Of a stretch of DNA of 64,000 bases, positions 52,216-63,314 are shown in pieces; position 1 is the stretch's first letter; each line of letters starts with the position of its first letter. The translations under genes were made by a program, and so were the position numbers. This stretch comes from Mesorhizobium sp. Its GTDB lineage: Bacteria; Pseudomonadota; Alphaproteobacteria; Rhizobiales; Rhizobiaceae. The notes under the pieces are model-generated. The model was given only the letters and a program-made list of their open reading frames with translations, searched no databases and had not been told where the DNA came from. The stretch spans positions 13,919-77,918 of the forward strand of contig SAQG01000025.1 in assembly GCA_004020315.1 (NCBI GenBank). The letters run 5' to 3'.

Positions 52216-54021
52216 TCAATCCCCCATCTTCAGCGCCTGGATAAACGCTTCCTGCGGGATATCCACCTTGCCGAACTGGCGCATCCGCTTCTTGCCCTCT
52301 TTCTGCTTGTCGAGCAGCTTGCGCTTGCGTGAGACGTCGCCGCCGTAGCATTTGGCCGTGACGTCCTTGCGCAGCGCCGAGATCGTTTCGCGGGCGATGA
52401 CCTTGCCGCCGATGGCCGCCTGGATCGGGATCTTGAACAGATGGTTCGGGATCAGCTCCTTCAGCTTCTCGCACATCAGCCGGCCGCGCTTTTCCGCCGC
52501 CGTGCGGTGGACCAGCATCGACAGCGCGTCGACCGGCTCCTCATTGACCAGGATCGACATTTTCACCAGGTCGCCCTCGCGGTAGTCGGTCAGGTGATAG
52601 TCGAAGGAGGCGTAGCCCTTGGAGATCGACTTCAGCCGGTCGTAGAAGTCGAAGACGACCTCGTTGAGCGGCAGATCGTAGATCAGCATGGCGCGCTTTC
52701 CTACGTAAGAAAGATCCGATTGGATGCCGCGCCGGTCCTGGCAGAGTTTTAGGATGCCGCCGAGATACTCGTCGGGGGTGAGGATGGTGGCGCGGATCCA
52801 CGGCTCCTCGATGGCCTGGATTTTGACCACGTCGGGCATGTCGGCCGGGTTGTGCAGTTCTTTCGTCGTGCCGTCGTTCAACAGCAGCCGGTAGACGACC
52901 GACGGTGCGGTGGCGATGAGGTCGAGATTGAATTCGCGCTCCAGCCGCTCCTGGATGATTTCCAGATGTAAAAGGCCAAGGAAGCCGCAGCGATAGCCGA
53001 AGCCGAGCGCGGCGCTGGTTTCCATTTCAAAGGAGAAGCTGGCGTCGTTGAGGCGCAATTTGCCGACCGCGGCGCGCAGATCCTCGAAATCGGCGGCGTC
53101 GACCGGGAACAGGCCGCAGAACACCACCGGCTGCGCCGGCTTGAAGCCGGGCAGGGCCTGCGCCGTCTGGCGCTTGTCCTCGGTGATGGTGTCGCCGACA
53201 CGGGTGTCGGCGACTTCCTTGATCGAGCCGGTGAAGAAGCCGAACTCGCCGGGGCCGAGCTCGTCGACATTGATGCGGGCAGGGGTGAAGACACCGGTGC
53301 GCTCGACCAGATACTTGGCGCCGGTGCCCATCATGCGGATGGTCTGGCCCTTCTTCAGCACGCCGTCGATGACGCGGACCAGCACGATGACGCCGAGATA
53401 GGCGTCGTACCAGCTGTCGACCAGCATCGCCTTGAGCGGGGCCGTGATATCGCCCTCGCGCGGCGGCGGCAATTCGTTGACGATCGCCTCCAGCACGTCG
53501 GGAATGCCGAGCCCCGTCTTGGCCGAAATCAGCACGGCGTTGGAGGCGTCGATGCCGATCACCTCCTCGACCTGCTCGCGGATGCGTTCGGGCTCGGCGG
53601 CCGGCAGGTCGACCTTGTTCAGCACCACGACGATCTCGTGGTTGTTGTCGATGGCCTGGTAGACATTGGCCAGCGTCTGCGCCTCGACGCCCTGGCTGGC
53701 ATCGACGACCAACAGCGAGCCCTCGCAGGCGGCAAGCGACCGCGACACCTCGTAAGCGAAGTCGACATGGCCGGGCGTGTCGATCAGGTTGAGGATATAG
53801 TCCTCGCCATTGCTGGCGCGGTATTTCAGCCGCACAGTCTGCGCCTTGATGGTGATGCCGCGCTCGCGCTCGATGTCCATCGAGTCCAGCACCTGCTCCT
53901 TCATGTCGCGCAGCTCCAGCCCGCCGGTGGACTGGATCAGCCGGTCGGCAAGCGTGGATTTGCCATGGTCGATATGGGCGACGATGGAGAAATTGCGGAT
54001 GTTCTTAATCGGCGTTGTCAT
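52216..54021 (-). CDS. lepA: Translation elongation factor 4 (LepA)
   Basis: [35 protein letters not shown] and KCYGGD motifs. Confidence 0.97.
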   Translation of the reverse strand: MTTPIKNIRNFSIVAHIDHGKSTLADRLIQSTGGLELRDMKEQVLDSMDIERERGITIKAQTVRLKYRASNGEDYILNLIDTPGHVDFAYEVSRSLAACEGSLLVVDASQGVEAQTLANVYQAIDNNHEIVVVLNKVDLPAAEPERIREQVEEVIGIDASNAVLISAKTGLGIPDVLEAIVNELPPPREGDITAPLKAMLVDSWYDAYLGVIVLVRVIDGVLKKGQTIRMMGTGAKYLVERTGVFTPARINVDELGPGEFGFFTGSIKEVADTRVGDTITEDKRQTAQALPGFKPAQPVVFCGLFPVDAADFEDLRAAVGKLRLNDASFSFEMETSAALGFGYRCGFLGLLHLEIIQERLEREFNLDLIATAPSVVYRLLLNDGTTKELHNPADMPDVVKIQAIEEPWIRATILTPDEYLGGILKLCQDRRGIQSDLSYVGKRAMLIYDLPLNEVVFDFYDRLKSISKGYASFDYHLTDYREGDLVKMSILVNEEPVDALSMLVHRTAAEKRGRLMCEKLKELIPNHLFKIPIQAAIGGKVIARETISALRKDVTAKCYGGDVSRKRKLLDKQKEGKKRMRQFGKVDIPQEAFIQALKMGD

Positions 54022-54185
54022 GTCGCGCGCTTTAGCAGGGGCAGCTTGCCCGGGCAAGCGGCGGCGGGCGCGGCGCATAAGCCGCCGACGGGCGCAAAGC
54101 CGTTAAACTTTGATCCATCAGATTAGAGCATAGTTCGCGCCCTGCGTGACAGGCTACGACCTGTCACCGTTTGGGGGGCCAAGCA

Positions 54186-55235
54186 ATGCCACAGTCTGAA
54201 AGCCATTTTCTCACGTCCGAGAGCGGCTCCTTAGCGCCGATACTCGCCGTCATGCTTATCCCGATGTGTGCCGCGCTGGGCATTTCGGTCGACTATAACG
54301 CGGCCGTTGCGACCAGGGCATCGATGCAGAATGCGCTCGATGCCGCAACGCTGTCGATCACGACGCTGCCGACAGGTACCACATTGGCAGACCGGCAGGT
54401 GAAGCTGCAGGAGTCGTTTGCGGCCAATAGCGGGCAAGGCACCGCCAAGCTCGACAGCTTCGTCGTCGCCGCCGACGGCACCGCCAGCATCACTGCTTCG
54501 GCCCGGTTTGCGATGCCGACGAACTTCATGCAGATCGCCCATGTCGACACGGTGCAGATCGGGGTTGCGTCGGCAGTGCGCAAGCGGCCAGCGCTGGTGC
54601 AGACCACGTTCAAGGTCGACCTGGTTTCGGGCTATTGGGACAAGATAATGACGCTCTACGGCACGAAGTTCGGCGAGACTGCGGCTAATCCGTTGATGAA
54701 GATCACCTATGTCTATAACAAGTTTGGTGATCCGAAAGGCTACGGCACGTCGACAGTGTATACGGTCAATGGAGCGACGAGCACGAAGGTCCAGGAACAA
54801 AAATGCACAACCAGGACGGTGCTGAGTTTCAGCAACCTGCCCACCGGGGCAATCACACAGGTTAGCGGCGGCAGGAGATACCTGACGACCTGCACCAACA
54901 CCATGTACCCGGCGAACGGCGCCGGCGCGGTGATCGACGTCAGCCAGATGGATGTGCTGTATCTGCAGATGGATGTGCCATCGGCTCAGCAACCCAAGCT
55001 CAAGTCGAATGACGCAAATACGTCGAACCGGTTGTACATCGACGGCGTTGAAGTCGCGAACGGCAAACTGGTGGACATCTTCACCGCGGTGCCGTGCGGC
55101 CAACCCAGCAAGCAGGCCTGGGAAGATGGCGGAACGACTGTACCGGCTCCAGTGTCCAACGCCGACTTTTTCTATACGGTGACCGGCAAGTGCGACTTCA
55201 ATCAGCGGCCTTCGCAAACAGTGCTTACGCAATAG
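54186..55235 (+). CDS. TadE/TadG-like pilus assembly family protein
   Basis: SGSLAPILAV hydrophobic N-terminus followed by VDY...MQNALDAA; Thr-rich C-terminal domain. Confidence 0.7.
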   Translation: MPQSESHFLTSESGSLAPILAVMLIPMCAALGISVDYNAAVATRASMQNALDAATLSITTLPTGTTLADRQVKLQESFAANSGQGTAKLDSFVVAADGTASITASARFAMPTNFMQIAHVDTVQIGVASAVRKRPALVQTTFKVDLVSGYWDKIMTLYGTKFGETAANPLMKITYVYNKFGDPKGYGTSTVYTVNGATSTKVQEQKCTTRTVLSFSNLPTGAITQVSGGRRYLTTCTNTMYPANGAGAVIDVSQMDVLYLQMDVPSAQQPKLKSNDANTSNRLYIDGVEVANGKLVDIFTAVPCGQPSKQAWEDGGTTVPAPVSNADFFYTVTGKCDFNQRPSQTVLTQ

Positions 55236-55435
55236 GCTGACCGCTGCGGCGCGCCCCGAAGGGACGCGGGTCCGCACAGCATCACATCTCAGCGCCGTCC
55301 GGTCGCCCCGGGGCGGCGTTTTGTTGCGGGCGACGGTGCGAAATTCGAAGGAGCAGGGGTTGACGCCGTTTGGCTTCCCCCGTGTGGCTTCCCTCTTGTG
55401 CGAAGGGAAGGAGTGATCACGAAGCGGTGATGGCT

Positions 55436-55461
55436 GTAACGAAGCCCCAGGCGGCGGCGAA
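55436..55461 (+). promoter_or_regulatory. ECF sigma (SigF/EcfF-type) promoter candidate
   Basis: GTAACG-N16-CGAA, 48 nt upstream of ATG 55510. Confidence 0.55.
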
Positions 55462-55509
55462 GAGCTGATGTGATCGCCAATTCCGGCGCCACCAACCCTG
55501 GAGACCATC

Positions 55510-55728
55510 ATGACCAACCGCCCGACCTTGCCGGCACTTGCCTTCGCGCTTTGCTCGACGGCGCTTTTCGCCGGTGGCATTGCGCGCGCCGAAGATGCGA
55601 TGAAGCCGGCCGATCCGATGGCGGCCGAAAAGATGAAGGACTGCATGGACAAGGCTGCCATGGAAACCGACGCGATGAAAAAGGACGAGGCGACCAAGAC
55701 CTGCGACGCGATGGAGACGGCCAAGTAG
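55510..55728 (+). CDS. Small secreted methionine-rich protein (MxKD-like repeats)
   Basis: GGAG RBS, signal peptide (ARA-E), mature part DAMKPADPMAAEKMKDCMDKAAMETDAMKKD... Confidence 0.75.
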   Translation: MTNRPTLPALAFALCSTALFAGGIARAEDAMKPADPMAAEKMKDCMDKAAMETDAMKKDEATKTCDAMETAK

Positions 55729-55837
55729 GCCGCGTCCGGAACGGGGTCGCGGACGATGCACGCGCCCGCACGGCAATGTGAAACCGCGACGGACCCATCT
55801 GTCGTATAGTCGTAAACTCAGGCATGGGAGATCAGAG

Positions 55838-56578
55838 ATGACCGGCATTGAAAAAACCGCCGCAACACGATTGACCAATTTCGTCAGGGGCGCGCGTGCG
55901 GCGCTGGTGCTTGCCGCGGTCGGCGCCGCCTTGTGGCAGACGGCGGCCATCTCGGCCGAGAAGGCGGTGGTGATCCCGCCGCCGGCGATGGACGAGAAAC
56001 CCACCGCCGGCCCCGCCAAGGCGGTCTTCGCCGGCGGTTGCTTCTGGGGCGTGCAAGGCGTGTTCCAGCACGTCAAGGGCGTGACCAGCGCCGTTTCCGG
56101 CTATGCCGGCGGCGACAAGGACACCGCCGACTACGAGACGGTCGGCACCGGCCGGACCGGGCACGCCGAGGCCGTCGAGATCACCTATGAGCCATCCAAA
56201 GTGACTTACGGCCAGTTGCTGCAGGTGTATTTCTCGGTCGCGCACAACCCGACGCAGCTGAACTACCAGGGTCCGGACCGCGGCCCCCAATACCGTTCGA
56301 CGATCTTTGCCGAAAACGACGCGCAGAAGAAGATCGCCGAGAGCTACATCGCCCAGCTCGACAAGGCCAAGGTGTTTTCAGAGCCGATCGTGACCACGCT
56401 GGAGACCGGCAAACCCTTCTACCCGGCCGAGGACTATCACCAGGACTTTTTGACGCTGAACCCGACCTACCCCTATATCGTCTACAACGACCTGCCCAAG
56501 ATCGAGAATTTGAAGCGGCTATTCCCGGATCTTTACAGCGACAAGCCGGTGCTGGTGCTGGCCGCCAACAAGAGCTGA
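55838..56578 (+). CDS. msrA: Peptide-methionine (S)-S-oxide reductase with export signal
   Basis: FAGGCFWG, GYAGG, GHAEAV, QYRS and AEDYHQ motifs; N-terminal hydrophobic signal. Confidence 0.93.
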   Translation: MTGIEKTAATRLTNFVRGARAALVLAAVGAALWQTAAISAEKAVVIPPPAMDEKPTAGPAKAVFAGGCFWGVQGVFQHVKGVTSAVSGYAGGDKDTADYETVGTGRTGHAEAVEITYEPSKVTYGQLLQVYFSVAHNPTQLNYQGPDRGPQYRSTIFAENDAQKKIAESYIAQLDKAKVFSEPIVTTLETGKPFYPAEDYHQDFLTLNPTYPYIVYNDLPKIENLKRLFPDLYSDKPVLVLAANKS

Positions 56579-56622
56579 TCCTTTGCGACGCGCTTAGGGC
56601 AGCGAGCGGGCAGCAATGCCTG

Positions 56623-56726
56623 CTTAAAGCGCGTCGCGCGTGATGGGATTCATGCGACGCGCTTTAAGTCTTTGTTTTATCCATGTCGTTATCCCAAAAC
56701 CGCTGCGCACTTTTGGGCGACATGGA

Positions 56727-56727
<1 letters not shown>
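56623..56727. repeat. Rhizobial intergenic mosaic (RIME/CIR-like) double-palindrome element
   Basis: CTTAAAGCGCGTCGC...GCGACGCGCTTTAAG and ATCCATGTCG...CCCAAAA...TTTTGGG CGACATGGAT hairpins; GATTC at 56647; between convergent genes. Confidence 0.8.
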
Positions 56728-57429
<702 letters not shown>

Positions 57430-57452
<23 letters not shown>

Positions 57453-58089
57453 TGAGCTTCCTTTCCAGGAGCTGGCTGGATTTCGACAGCGGCCAGCACA
57501 AAGCAAAGTAGATGAGCGCGACCAGGCCATAGACGGTGAACGGCTGGAACGTCGCGTTGGTGACGATCGAACCGGCCTTCGACAGTTCGACGAAGCCGAT
57601 GATTGAGGTGAGCGCGGTGCCCTTCACCACCTGCACCGAGAAGCCGACCGTCGGCGGCACCGCCACTTTCAGCGCCTGCGGCAGGATGACGTAGCGCATC
57701 TGCTGGAGATAACCCATGCCGAGGCTGGCGGACGCCTCCCATTGACCCTTGGCGATGCTCTCGACGCAGCCGCGCCAGATTTCGGCGAGGAAGGCAGCGG
57801 TCCACAGGACGAGCGCGACACAAGCGGCAAGCCAGGCAGGAACGTCGATGCCGAACAGGCCAAGGCCGAAGAAAGCGAGAAAAAGCTGCATCAGGAGCGG
57901 CGTGCCCTGGAACAGCTGGATGTAGCCGCGTGACAGAAGCTGTATCCCACGCCGGCCGCCGATGCGCAGGAAAAGCAGGGCCGCACCGACGATGCCGCCA
58001 CCGATAAAGGAGACCAGCGAGAGGACAACGGTCCAACGGGCGGCCAGAAGCAGATTACGCAGGATGTCCCAGAAGCTGAACTCAGTCAT
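57430..58089 (-). CDS. Polar amino-acid ABC transporter permease
   Basis: QGTPLLMQL, GQWEASASLG and VKGTAL motifs. Confidence 0.9.
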
Positions 58090-58099
58090 GGCGCCTGTC

Positions 58100-58771
58100 T
58101 CATCGCGACGCCTTCCTTGGAAACAGCATCCAGCCCAGGCCGGCCAGCAGCTGGCGCAGCAGGATCGCAAGCGCCAGATAGATCAAAGTGGAGACGATGT
58201 AGGTTTCGAAGGCCCTGAAATTGCGCGACTGGATGAAGTTGGCGGCGAAGGTCAGGTCCTCGGCGGCGATCTGCGAAACGACGGCCGAACCCAGCATGAC
58301 GATAACGATCTGCGACGACAGCGCAGGCCAGATACGCTGCAGAGCCGGGACCAGAACCACGTACCAGAAGGTCTGGAACGGGGTCATGGCAAGGCTAGCG
58401 CCGGCTTCGAACTGGCCACGTGGCGTGGCCTGGATGCCGGCGCGGATAATCTCGCAGCTGTAGGCGCCGAGATTGACGATCATGGCGAGATTGGCGGCGG
58501 TCAGTTCCGACATCCTGATGCCAAGCGACGGCAGGCCGAAGAAGATGAAGAACAGCTGGATGAGGAACGGCGTGTTGCGGATCAGCTCGACATAGGTCGC
58601 GACGACGGGTCTTAGCCATTTCGGCCCGAGGGCGCGCACCCAGGCGCAGGCGATGCCCAAGGCGACACCGAACACCGCGCCGATCAGGATGAGCTGCACG
58701 GTGATCCGGATGCCTTTGAGCAGCACCGGCAGGGACTCGATCAGCCAGCCGAAATCGAAGTGATAGGTCAT
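58100..58771 (-). CDS. Polar amino-acid ABC transporter permease
   Basis: RNTPFLIQL, EIIRAGI and GQFEAG motifs. Confidence 0.9.
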   Translation of the reverse strand: MTYHFDFGWLIESLPVLLKGIRITVQLILIGAVFGVALGIACAWVRALGPKWLRPVVATYVELIRNTPFLIQLFFIFFGLPSLGIRMSELTAANLAMIVNLGAYSCEIIRAGIQATPRGQFEAGASLAMTPFQTFWYVVLVPALQRIWPALSSQIVIVMLGSAVVSQIAAEDLTFAANFIQSRNFRAFETYIVSTLIYLALAILLRQLLAGLGWMLFPRKASR

Positions 58772-58811
58772 GGCTTGCTATCTGACCTGAACCACACGCG
58801 GCGGGCGGCGA

Positions 58812-59606
58812 TCACAGGTCAGCTGGCAGGTCCACCTTCAGCCATTTCTGCGAAATCGCGTTGAGCGCGCCGTCGGACCTGGCAGCGGCGATGATGCCGT
58901 TGATCTTGGCCATCAATGCCGGCTCCTGCTTGTTCATGCCGATGTAGCAAGGCGAGTTCTTGATCAGGAATTTGAGCTCGGGCCGCTTGGGCGGGTTCTT
59001 TTCGAGGATGGCGGCGGCGACGACATTTCCGGTCGCGATCACCTCGACCTGGCCCGAAAGGAAAGCTGAAATAGTGCCGTTGTTGTCCTCGTAGCGTTTG
59101 ATCTCGACGCTCGCGGGCACGACCTTGGTCAGTTCGAGGTCTTCGATCGCGCCGCGGGTGACGCCAACGGTCTTGCCGGCGAGGTCTTGCGCCTTTGCGA
59201 CCGCGACATCCGCCGGAGCGAACACGCCGTTGTAGAAGGGGGCGTAGGCTTCGGAGAAGTCGATGACCTTCTCGCGATCGGGATTCTTGCCGAGGCTTGA
59301 AATGACCAGGTCGACCTTGTTGGTCTGGAGATAGGGAATGCGGTTGGCGCTGGTGACCGGGACGATCTCGACCTTGGCGCCAAGCTTTTCGCCAATCAGA
59401 TTGGCGATATCGATGTCGTAGCCTTGCGGCGTCATGTCGGCGCCGACACTGCCGAAGGGCGGGAAATCCTGTGGAACGGCGATGCGGATGGTGCCCCGCG
59501 CGCCGATGTCGCTCAAGGCGTCAGCCCGCGCCCGCGGAGACGGAGCCATGGCCATTCCAGCCACGGCGGCGAGGGCCAGCATGCACAGATTGCGACGGTT
59601 CATCAT
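58812..59606 (-). CDS. Polar amino-acid ABC transporter substrate-binding protein
   Basis: Signal peptide; DFPPFG, GYDIDIA and NRIPYLQTNKVDL motifs. Confidence 0.9.
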   Translation of the reverse strand: MMNRRNLCMLALAAVAGMAMAPSPRARADALSDIGARGTIRIAVPQDFPPFGSVGADMTPQGYDIDIANLIGEKLGAKVEIVPVTSANRIPYLQTNKVDLVISSLGKNPDREKVIDFSEAYAPFYNGVFAPADVAVAKAQDLAGKTVGVTRGAIEDLELTKVVPASVEIKRYEDNNGTISAFLSGQVEVIATGNVVAAAILEKNPPKRPELKFLIKNSPCYIGMNKQEPALMAKINGIIAAARSDGALNAISQKWLKVDLPADL

Positions 59607-59782
59607 TTTCCCCTTTGACTGAACAAAACCGATTGGTCGCCAGGGCAAAGCAACAGACATGCCAAGCCATCGAAATCAGCGCGAATCGCGCTTTCCCAGC
59701 AGGATTGGGAAGGCGTTCTTCACGACCCAATGCCGCTCGACTGGCAGGCCGCCTAAATATTGTGCAGTGCGGCGGTTGTCCG

Positions 59783-60787
59783 TCAGTCGTAGGTCAGGTC
59801 GGTCGCCTTGCCGCCGAAGACGCGGTAGGCATAAAACGAATAGAAAATGATGATCGGCAGCACGACCACCGTGCCGGCCAGGATGATGGCAAGGCTCTCG
59901 GGCGCGGACGCCGCCTGCCAGATGGTCAACCGGTCGGGCACGACGAAGGGATAGAACGACCAGGCGAGCCCGGCAAAGCCCAGCGTGAAGATGGCGGCCA
60001 GTGTCAAGAACGGCGTCAGCGAATGGCGATCGTCCGCCTTAGGCAGGTGGAAGGTCTGCCGCCACAGCCACGCGAACAGCACCGCCGACAGGATCGGCAG
60101 CGGCGACAGGTAGAGCATGGCGGGCCAGACGAACCATTTGTCGAAGATGCGCGGACTGGCGAGCGGCGTGGCCAGCGAGACGGCGACCATGCCGAGCGCG
60201 GTCAGCACCAGCGCCCGGCGCAGCCAGAGCACCGCCTTCTTCTGCAATTCGCCTTCCGTCTTGTAGATGACCCAGGCCGCGCCCATCGCCGCATAGGCGG
60301 CGGCAAGGCAGAGCGCCACCAGTGCGCCGAAGGCCATGCCGCCGAGGCCGACATCCAGGCCGAGCACATAGATCCCCAGCATGTAGCCCTGCGCCAGCGA
60401 GGCGATGACCGAGCCCAGGAAGAAAATGCGGTTCCAGCGATGCTTGCGGCCGGCCGGCACCTTGGCACGGAAATCGAAGGCGACGCCGCGCAGGATCAGG
60501 CCGACAAGGAGCAGGAAGACGGGAATGTAGAGCGCGGTGAGAATGGTGCCGTGCGCCAGCGGGAAGGCGACCAGCAGCAGGCCGACGGCCAGCACCAGCC
60601 ACGTCTCGTTGGCGTCCCAGAACGGGCCTATTGCCGCGATCATCGTATCCTGCTCGGCGTCCTCGGCGGCCGCGAACAGGATGCCGATGCCGAGATCAAA
60701 GCCGTCGAGGATGACGTAGATCAGGATGGCAAGGCCCATCAGGCCGGCGAAGATGAGGGGGAGCAATGTCGGCCAGTCGAGGGTCAT
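59783..60787 (-). CDS. cydB: Cytochrome bd-type ubiquinol oxidase subunit II
   Basis: LDGFDLGIG, PFWDANETWLV and RGVAFDFR motifs. Confidence 0.92.
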   Translation of the reverse strand: MTLDWPTLLPLIFAGLMGLAILIYVILDGFDLGIGILFAAAEDAEQDTMIAAIGPFWDANETWLVLAVGLLLVAFPLAHGTILTALYIPVFLLLVGLILRGVAFDFRAKVPAGRKHRWNRIFFLGSVIASLAQGYMLGIYVLGLDVGLGGMAFGALVALCLAAAYAAMGAAWVIYKTEGELQKKAVLWLRRALVLTALGMVAVSLATPLASPRIFDKWFVWPAMLYLSPLPILSAVLFAWLWRQTFHLPKADDRHSLTPFLTLAAIFTLGFAGLAWSFYPFVVPDRLTIWQAASAPESLAIILAGTVVVLPIIIFYSFYAYRVFGGKATDLTYD

Positions 60788-60797
60788 CAGCATGCTC

Positions 60798-62156
60798 CTA
60801 TTTCGCCGCCGGCTGCGACAGCGGCGCGTCGAGAACGCCCGGCAGCGGCGAGGTATCGCCGTCCTTCGCCGCCTTCAGCGCCAGATAGACCAGCACGCCG
60901 AGATAGGCGATCAGAAGCAGCGCATAGAGGATGAGATAGACCGCAAGCGATAGCGCGACCTGGCTGCCGGCGACCGGGCCGACGGCATCGACGGTCTTCA
61001 GCACGCCGGTGACCAGCCAGGGCTGGCGGCCGATCTCGGTGGTGTACCAGCCGGCCAGCGTCGCCAGCCAGCCGGACAGCGCCATCGGCACCATCACCAG
61101 CGCCAGCGGTCTCGGCAGGCTGTGGCGTCGCTTGAGGAAAAAGGCGGCCGACCAGGAGACGACGAGCATCAGGACTCCGGTGCCGACCATGATGCGAAAA
61201 GCCCAGAACACCGGGAAGACCGGCGGGTGGTTGCCGGCATAGTCGTTCAGCCCCGGCACGACGCCGCTGGCGCTGTGCCTGAGGATGAGGCTGGCGCCAT
61301 CGGGGATGGCGAGCTCGAATTTATTCTCCCTCGCCGCCTCGTCGGGAAGCGCGAAAAGGACCAGCGGCACGTTGGGGCCGGTATTCCAGTTGGCCTCCAT
61401 GGCGGCGATCTTCTGCGGCTGATGCTCCAGCGTGTTGAGGCCATGCTGGTCGCCGGCGAAGATCTGGATGGGGATCAGGATCGCCGCGGTGAAGACACCG
61501 GTGCGCAAGGCCTTCCACATCGATTCCGAGCGGTCGCCATAGAGATAGCGCAGCGCCGACAAGCCGGCGATCAGGAACGAAACCGTCAGGCCGGAGGCAA
61601 GCAGCATGTGGACGAGCCGGTAGGGCATGGAGGGGTTGAAGACGATCGCCCACCAGTCGGTAGCGTGCGCTACGCCGTCGCGCATCTCAAAGCCGACCGG
61701 CGTCTGCATCCACGAATTGAGCGCGATGATCCAGAAGGCGGACAGGGTGGTGCCGCCGGCCACCAGCACGGTTGCAAGCGTGTGGATGCGGTTGGAGACG
61801 CGGCGGAAGCCGAACAGCATGATGCCGAGGAACGCCGCCTCGAGGAAGAAGGCGGTGAGTATCTCATAGGCGAGCAGCGGGCCGGCGATGTTGCCGACGG
61901 TTTCCATGTAACCCGGCCAGTTGGTGCCGAACTGGAAGCTCATGGTGACGCCCGAAACCACGCCCATGGCAAAGGACAGCGCGAACACCTTCACCCAGGT
62001 GAAATAGGCGCGCATCCAGGCGGTATCGCCTGTGGCGTTGTAGCGAAGCTTGAAGAACAGCAGCATCCAGCCAAGCGCGATGGTGATAGCCGGAAACAGG
62101 ATATGGAACGAGATGTTCGCGCCGAACTGGATGCGCGAAAGGATGAGCGGGTCCAT
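60798..62156 (-). CDS. cydA: Cytochrome bd-type ubiquinol oxidase subunit I (short Q-loop, CioA-like)
   Basis: FHILFP, FQFGTNW, AFFLEA, NSWMQTP, QPQKIAAME and EIGRQPW motifs. Confidence 0.92.
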   Translation of the reverse strand: MDPLILSRIQFGANISFHILFPAITIALGWMLLFFKLRYNATGDTAWMRAYFTWVKVFALSFAMGVVSGVTMSFQFGTNWPGYMETVGNIAGPLLAYEILTAFFLEAAFLGIMLFGFRRVSNRIHTLATVLVAGGTTLSAFWIIALNSWMQTPVGFEMRDGVAHATDWWAIVFNPSMPYRLVHMLLASGLTVSFLIAGLSALRYLYGDRSESMWKALRTGVFTAAILIPIQIFAGDQHGLNTLEHQPQKIAAMEANWNTGPNVPLVLFALPDEAARENKFELAIPDGASLILRHSASGVVPGLNDYAGNHPPVFPVFWAFRIMVGTGVLMLVVSWSAAFFLKRRHSLPRPLALVMVPMALSGWLATLAGWYTTEIGRQPWLVTGVLKTVDAVGPVAGSQVALSLAVYLILYALLLIAYLGVLVYLALKAAKDGDTSPLPGVLDAPLSQPAAK

Positions 62157-62387
62157 GGCGGGCTCCGGCTGCTGCTTATGGTTGCGGAACATAGGCCGGA
62201 TGCGTCAAACGGTCAAAGCGGCGTGGCGTCACGCGAGGCGGAACGCCGCAGGACTGCGGCAGCGGTGGATGCGTCGTCGCATGCCGATGTCCAGAACTGT
62301 CAGGAGCGCCATTGACTTCCGGCTGCGCGCACCGACATTCAGCGGATTGAATCAACAGACCTCCTTTCAAGCAGCCGTTTTTCAGCC

Positions 62388-63314
62388 ATGCCACCGATCA
62401 TTTCCATTTCCGGGGTCACCAAGACCTACGCCACCGGTTTCAAGGCGCTGAAGGAGATCAACCTCGATATCGAGCGCGGCGAGATTTTTGCGCTGCTCGG
62501 GCCGAACGGCGCCGGCAAGACGACGCTGATCTCGATCGTCTGCGGTATCGTCAACCGCTCGTCGGGCACGGTCACCGTGGACGGCAACGACATCAGCCGG
62601 GATTATCGCGCCGCACGCAGCCTCATCGGGCTGGTGCCGCAGGAACTGACCATCGACGCATTCGAGACCGTGTGGGCGACGGTCAACTACAGCCGCGGCC
62701 TGTTCGGCAAGCCGACCAACCACGCCTTCGTCGAGAAAGTGCTGCGCGACCTGTCGTTGTGGGACAAGAAGGACGCCAAGGCGATCACCCTGTCCGGCGG
62801 CATGAAGCGGCGGCTGATGATCGCCAAGGCGCTGTCGCACGAACCGAGGGTGCTGTTCCTCGACGAGCCGACAGCCGGCGTCGATGTCGAGCTGCGTCAG
62901 GACATGTGGGCGATGGTGCGCCGGCTGCGCGAGGATGGCGTCACCATCATCCTGACCACGCACTATATCGAGGAAGCCGAGGCGATGGCCGATCGCGTCG
63001 GCGTCATCAATCGCGGTGAGATCGTGCTGGTTGAGGACAAGGTCCAACTGATGCGCACGCTCGGCCGCAAACGGCTGTTGCTGGAACTGCGCAGTCCGCT
63101 CGCCACCATACCCGAGACGTTGTCGCGCTACGCACTGGAGCTTTCGCCGGACGGTGATCAACTGACTTACACCTATGACAACCAGAGCGAACGGCCGGGC
63201 GTCGCCTCGCTGCTGCGCGACCTCGAGACGGCCGGCATCCAGTTCCGCGATATCGACACGCAAAACAGCTCGCTTGAGGAGATCTTCGTCAACCTGGTGA
63301 GGAAGGACGCATGA
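62388..63314 (+). CDS. ABC-2 type transporter ATP-binding protein (YadG-like)
   Basis: [25 protein letters not shown] and TTHYIEEAE motifs. Confidence 0.9.
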   Translation: MPPIISISGVTKTYATGFKALKEINLDIERGEIFALLGPNGAGKTTLISIVCGIVNRSSGTVTVDGNDISRDYRAARSLIGLVPQELTIDAFETVWATVNYSRGLFGKPTNHAFVEKVLRDLSLWDKKDAKAITLSGGMKRRLMIAKALSHEPRVLFLDEPTAGVDVELRQDMWAMVRRLREDGVTIILTTHYIEEAEAMADRVGVINRGEIVLVEDKVQLMRTLGRKRLLLELRSPLATIPETLSRYALELSPDGDQLTYTYDNQSERPGVASLLRDLETAGIQFRDIDTQNSSLEEIFVNLVRKDA

